The notes beneath the pieces were generated by a model, which was given only the letters and a program-made list of their open reading frames with translations, had not been told where the DNA came from and made no database searches. Positions 60,406 through 64,000 of a stretch of 64,000 nucleotides of DNA are shown here, piece by piece. The translations under genes and the position numbers were made by a program. This DNA comes from an uncultured Verrucomicrobiae bacterium (GTDB lineage: Bacteria; Verrucomicrobiota; Verrucomicrobiia; Opitutales; JABDGR01), in the NCBI GenBank assembly GCA_963765205.1, contig CAVXVB010000007.1, positions 160,001 to 224,000 of the forward strand, read 5' to 3'. Each line of letters opens with the position of its first letter. Position 1 is the stretch's first letter.

Positions 60406-60433
60406 GCTTGCGGGGTATCAACCGATCTTCTTC

Positions 60434-60474
60434 ATCGTCCGCCCAAGCGTCCGTTTGGGCGGACGATTTTTTTT
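60434..60474 (+). terminator. Rho-independent terminator of the giant gene
   Basis: Stem ATCGTCCGCCCAAGCG / CGTTTGGGCGGACGAT followed by a T run, 28 nt after the stop. Confidence 0.88.
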
Positions 60475-60488
60475 GGCCTCCAGAAAAG

Positions 60489-60561
60489 TGGGCCTGGCCG
60501 GATTTGAACCGGCAACCAAAGGATTATGAGTCCTCTGCTCTAACCGTTGAGCTACAGGCCC
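60489..60561 (-). tRNA. tRNA with CAT anticodon, probably tRNA-Ile2 (lysidine type); CCA not encoded
   Basis: GGGCCTGTAGCTCAACGGTTAGAGCAGAGGACTCATAATCCTTTGGTTGCCGGTTCAAATCCGGCCAGGCCCA forms a cloverleaf. G1-C72 pairing and the absence of three G-C pairs in the anticodon stem rule out the initiator; the sequence resembles ileX. Confidence 0.92.
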
Positions 60562-60952
60562 GCAAATCAGCGCAAATCCAGCCACGCCATCAGGCAAATC
60601 TGGCCGGCGAGGAAGGCGCCCAGCACCCAAAAGGCTGCTTCCTGAAAGCGGTCGCGCCCCAGCAAGCGCTCCTTGGGCGCGGGTGGCGCGTTGGGCGGCA
60701 TGGTCTCGCTTGACATGGCCAATGCCTAGCGACCTCAGGGGGTCAAAGCAAGCCCGCTTGATTCCCTGCATCGCTAATACCCCAGCGCCGATTAGGAAGC
60801 CTAATTGTAACCTAAAGTCCCCCATAATTTAATCTTAAGGAGTCAAAATCCGATTGACGGGGCGGGGGCGTTGCCGCCATCGTCTCCTCTCCCCATTTCC
60901 ATCCCAGGCTCCCTGGGTTGGAAGACGGCGGTTTTGGCTGCTTTCTGCCACC

Positions 60953-61879
60953 ATGATTTTGCGTTCCCTCCGTTGGAAGAAATACGCCCTGCTGGCGCCC
61001 GTGCTGGCGCTGGCGGGGGCCACGCCTGCCTTTGGCGCCGAGGGCGTGGCCCCGCAGGCCTCCGTGATTTACAGCGTCGGCGGCTTTCCGATTACGAATT
61101 CGATGGTGACGACTTGGTTTTTCTCGCTGGTCCTCATCCTTCTGGTGCGCTGGGCGGTGGGTCGCCCGCAACTGGTGCCCTCGCGCGGCCAGACGGTCAT
61201 CGAAACCGTCGTCATCAGCCTGCGCGACATCTTTGAACCGATTGTCGGCCAGCGCATGATTGGCAAGGTTTTTCCCCTGTTGATCAGCTTCTTCATCTTC
61301 ATCCTGATGATGAATTGGGGCGGCTTGCTGCCTGGCGCCGGTTCGATTGGGCTGATTCATCATGATGGTACCTTCACCACGATTTTCCGCCCCGCGGACT
61401 CCGACCTGAACACGACGCTCGGCCTGACCATCGTCTCATTCACCGCCTGGCTTTATTTCGTCCTGCGTTACGCCGGCATCGGCGCGCTGGCGAAAGACAT
61501 TTTTGGCAACAAGGCCAACAAGAAGGAAGTGCATATCCTGCTCTACTTTGCGCTTTCACCGGTGTTCTTCCTGGTGGGCTTCGTGGAAATTATTTCCATT
61601 CTCTCCCGCCTGCTGTCCCTGTCCTTCCGTCTCTACGGCAACGTCTTCGGCGGGGACAGCCTGCTCGACGCGATGTATAACATCTGCCCTTGGGTTTTGC
61701 CGGCGATTTTCTATTTCATGGAGCTGCTGGTCGGCATCGTTCAAGCCTTTGTGTTCGTGGTGTTGACGGCCGTATATATCGGCCTCATCTGCAACCATGA
61801 AGGGGGAGACCATGACCATGCCGAGGAAGACCATGGCGACGCCGCCCACGGCGACGCCAAACCCGCAAACGCTCATTAA
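60953..61879 (+). CDS. atpB: F0F1 ATP synthase subunit a
   Basis: ITNSMV, PADSDLNTT, LSLSFRLYGNVFGG and ELLVGIVQAFVF motifs, with a His-rich tail. The start codon is inferred. Confidence 0.95.
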   Translation: MILRSLRWKKYALLAPVLALAGATPAFGAEGVAPQASVIYSVGGFPITNSMVTTWFFSLVLILLVRWAVGRPQLVPSRGQTVIETVVISLRDIFEPIVGQRMIGKVFPLLISFFIFILMMNWGGLLPGAGSIGLIHHDGTFTTIFRPADSDLNTTLGLTIVSFTAWLYFVLRYAGIGALAKDIFGNKANKKEVHILLYFALSPVFFLVGFVEIISILSRLLSLSFRLYGNVFGGDSLLDAMYNICPWVLPAIFYFMELLVGIVQAFVFVVLTAVYIGLICNHEGGDHDHAEEDHGDAAHGDAKPANAH

Positions 61880-61982
61880 ATCCTCCCAAACTCTTTTTCC
61901 CTGCTCCTCGCTATATAATCTTTCGCCCTCCGGGACCATGCTACGCGTGGACGGAGAGCACGCAACAAACACCAACACTACC

Positions 61983-62252
61983 ATGATCAACGAAATCGCC
62001 CACCTCGCCAGCCACATCACTCCGATGCTGGTTGCTCAAACGGCTCCCGAAGCCGTCAGTCCCTTCCTCGCCTTCAAAGGCGGCCTCGCCTGCCTGGGTG
62101 CGGCCATCGGCGTCGGTCTGGTCGGCTCCAAGGCGGCGGAAGCCGTCGGTCGCAATCCGAACGCCTTCGGTAAAATCATCGTCATCGGCATTCTCGGCAT
62201 GGCCTTCGCCGAAGCCGTGGCCTTCTACGGCCTCCTCGTCCCGCAGAAGTAA
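61983..62252 (+). CDS. atpE: F0F1 ATP synthase subunit c
   Basis: GLACLGAAIGVGLVG, GRNP loop and AFAEAVAFY with the conserved carboxylate. The start could be 62025-62027 instead. Confidence 0.93.
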   Translation: MINEIAHLASHITPMLVAQTAPEAVSPFLAFKGGLACLGAAIGVGLVGSKAAEAVGRNPNAFGKIIVIGILGMAFAEAVAFYGLLVPQK

Positions 62253-62337
62253 CCCTCCCGGCGCATCGCCGCCGTCCCGGCCAGTGCCGGGCGGCGGCGG
62301 ATTCGCCATTCCTTTTCCCACCCAAAAGATTTTTGCC

Positions 62338-62889
62338 ATGCACGACGCCTTCCACTTTCTCGCCGCCGACGGCCCCCTGGACCTGGTGACCAAAATCTTC
62401 GGTCCCTTTGGCGTGAAGCCCGTGCTACTCATCGCCCAAATTATCAACTTCGCGATCGTCTCCGTCATTGTTTACCGCTTTGCCATCAAGCCCATCCTCG
62501 TCACGGTGGATGAACGGAACAAGAAAATCGCCGATGGGTTGAAATTCACCGAGGAAGTTAAGAAAAAACTCGCTGACACGGAGACGCAGCAGGCCGAAGT
62601 CCTCAAGCAAGCCTCCCTCGAAGGCAAAAAAGTCATCGCCGAGGCGCGCGACACGGGCAAGGCCCTCGTCGAAAAGGCGGCGCAGGACGCCACCCGCTCG
62701 GCCGAGGACATTATCAAAAAGGGCCACGAAGCCGTCACCCTCGAACGCTCGCAAATGCTCAACGACCTGCGCCGCGAAGTCGCCCAGCTCGTTGTCACCA
62801 CCGCCAACCGTGTCCTCGCCCGCGACCTCACCGCCGACGAACGCGCCCGCTTTAACACCAGTGCGGCGCAAGATTTATCGAAGAACTAA
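62338..62889 (+). CDS. atpF: F0F1 ATP synthase subunit b
   Basis: LIAQIINFAIV...FAIKPI...DERNKKIADGL followed by a long coiled coil. Confidence 0.93.
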   Translation: MHDAFHFLAADGPLDLVTKIFGPFGVKPVLLIAQIINFAIVSVIVYRFAIKPILVTVDERNKKIADGLKFTEEVKKKLADTETQQAEVLKQASLEGKKVIAEARDTGKALVEKAAQDATRSAEDIIKKGHEAVTLERSQMLNDLRREVAQLVVTTANRVLARDLTADERARFNTSAAQDLSKN

Positions 62890-62995
62890 TAATGGAAGAT
62901 GGAAAATTAAAAATGGAAAAATCCAGCCACCGTCTTTCGAGCTATTGAACTCGTCTTAACTTCATTCATTTTTTCCATTTTCCATCTTCCATTAT
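62889..62995. repeat. Inverted heptamer-repeat pair (ATGGAAA/G)n / (T/CTTCCAT)n
   Basis: ATAATGGAAGATGGAAAAT (62889-62907) is the exact reverse complement of 62977-62995. Confidence 0.85.
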
Positions 62996-63001
62996 CCCCC
63001 G

Positions 63002-63400
63002 ATGACCCTCGACCGCCAGTATAAGGATTTTGCCAAGAAACTGGCCCGGCTCTCCTTGGACGCCGGCAGCCAGTTGGACCCGGCGCGGGTGGACGCCGTC
63101 CTCTCCTCCCTGCGCGGCCATCCACCCCGCGTCCAGCGCGCCATTCTCAAAGCCTACCTGCGCTACCTGCAAATTGAAGACCGTCGCGGCCGCATCCTCG
63201 TCGAGCACGCCGGCGACGCCAGCCCCGCCGACCTCGACGCGCTCCGCAACCGCCTCGAGAAAAAATATGGCCGCGCCCTCCGCCTCGAAGCGCGGGAAGC
63301 CCCCGCCCTCATCGCCGGCCTGCGCGCCTCGGTGGCCGACGACATCTACGAAGCCTCCCTCTCCAGCCGCCTGACCGCGCTGCAAACGGCGCTCATTTGA
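63002..63400 (+). CDS. atpH: F0F1 ATP synthase subunit delta (short form)
   Basis: Lies between atpF and atpA. C-terminal PALIAGLRASVADDIYEASL..RL is the OSCP/delta pattern. Confidence 0.88.
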   Translation: MTLDRQYKDFAKKLARLSLDAGSQLDPARVDAVLSSLRGHPPRVQRAILKAYLRYLQIEDRRGRILVEHAGDASPADLDALRNRLEKKYGRALRLEAREAPALIAGLRASVADDIYEASLSSRLTALQTALI

Positions 63401-63537
63401 ATTAAGAACTAAGAATTAAGAAACAACCCGCCCTCGTTCTTATCTTTCACCACACCTAAAAATCTTTCCAATCCCTGCCGGGAAATTCCTAATTCTTATT
63501 TCCCGTTTCTTAATTCTGCCCTCTTAATTCTTAATTC
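63399..63537. repeat. Inverted heptamer-repeat pair (AATTAAG)n / (CTTAATT)n
   Basis: The left arm (63399-63423) overlaps the atpH stop. The right arm (about 63485-63537) ends 9 nt before the atpA ATG. Confidence 0.8.
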
Positions 63538-63546
63538 CACCTTCCC

Positions 63547-64000
63547 ATGCCCTCCGTTCTCGAACAAATCCAGCAGGAAATCGCCAAGCTTGAAACCGGC
63601 TCCACGCAACGCAACGTGGGCCGCATCGTCACCCTCGCCGACGGCGTCGCCAAACTCGATGGCCTCTCCGCCGTCATGTATAACGAAATGATCGAGTTTC
63701 CCGGCGGGGTCTTTGGCATCGCCCTGAACCTCGAGGAAGACGAAGTCGGCGCCATCATCCTGGGCGACTACGCCCACCTCAAGGAAGGCGACGAAGGCAA
63801 GACGACCGGGCGGCTCCTCTCCGTGCCCGTCGGCAAGGCGCTGCTGGGCCGCGTGGTGGACGCCATTGGCCGGCCCATGGACGGCAAAGGCCCCATCGCC
63901 ACTTCTGAAACTTATGCGGTGGAGAAAATCGCCCCCGGCATCATCGCCCGCCAATCCGTGGACCAGCCCCTCGCCACCGGCATCATGGCCATTGACTCGA
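63547..64000 (+). CDS. atpA: F0F1 ATP synthase subunit alpha (5' part, runs off the window)
   Basis: Manual translation: [12 protein letters not shown]...[17 protein letters not shown]...[18 protein letters not shown]...[23 protein letters not shown]...[22 protein letters not shown]. Confidence 0.96.
   Translation, partial: MPSVLEQIQQEIAKLETGSTQRNVGRIVTLADGVAKLDGLSAVMYNEMIEFPGGVFGIALNLEEDEVGAIILGDYAHLKEGDEGKTTGRLLSVPVGKALLGRVVDAIGRPMDGKGPIATSETYAVEKIAPGIIARQSVDQPLATGIMAIDS

Noticed and set aside
20439..60405. Classical type V autotransporter or RTX/T1SS adhesin
   Set aside because: There is no C-terminal beta-barrel and no GGxGxD nonapeptide array. The C-terminus is PEP-CTERM.
19570..60561. 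Giant gene as a tRNA-integrated genomic island
   Set aside because: It abuts the tRNA 3' end, but I found no integrase and no duplicated tRNA 3' fragment at the far end, and GC content is similar to the flanks.
6847..63537. Short repeats as a CRISPR array
   Set aside because: The units are 7-10 nt tandem repeats without unique spacers, and no cas genes are present.

Overview
GC-rich bacterial window, most likely Verrucomicrobiota/PVC. The evidence is rpsP-trmD-rplS without rimM, a PEP-CTERM/PATR protein, a short ATP synthase delta and C-rich starts without Shine-Dalgarno (SD) sites. The left 19.6 kb holds an atypical kinase-like gene, a DUF3592-like membrane protein, a secreted Ig/choice-of-anchor-A protein, rpsP-trmD-rplS, panC, nadB, a NitT/TauT-type ABC pair, a triple-YbjQ protein and a PA0069-type radical SAM enzyme. 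It also holds a type II toxin-antitoxin pair whose toxin gene, absent from the ORF track, is split by an IS630 element. About 40 kb (20439-60405) reads as one giant surface-protein gene of about 13,300 aa, with a signal peptide, autotransporter-associated beta-strand (PATR) repeats and a PEP-CTERM anchor. It is broken into six ORFs by five single-base frameshifts that may be sequencing errors. Its most unusual feature is about 30 copies of a ~100-aa sheath/flagellin-insert-like module inserted into the beta-helix and recursively into each other, like balanced parentheses, which implies branched side arms. A terminator, tRNA-Ile2(CAT) and the start of the atp operon (atpB, E, F, H, partial A) follow. 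Intergenic spacers inside operons repeatedly carry inverted heptamer-repeat arms.
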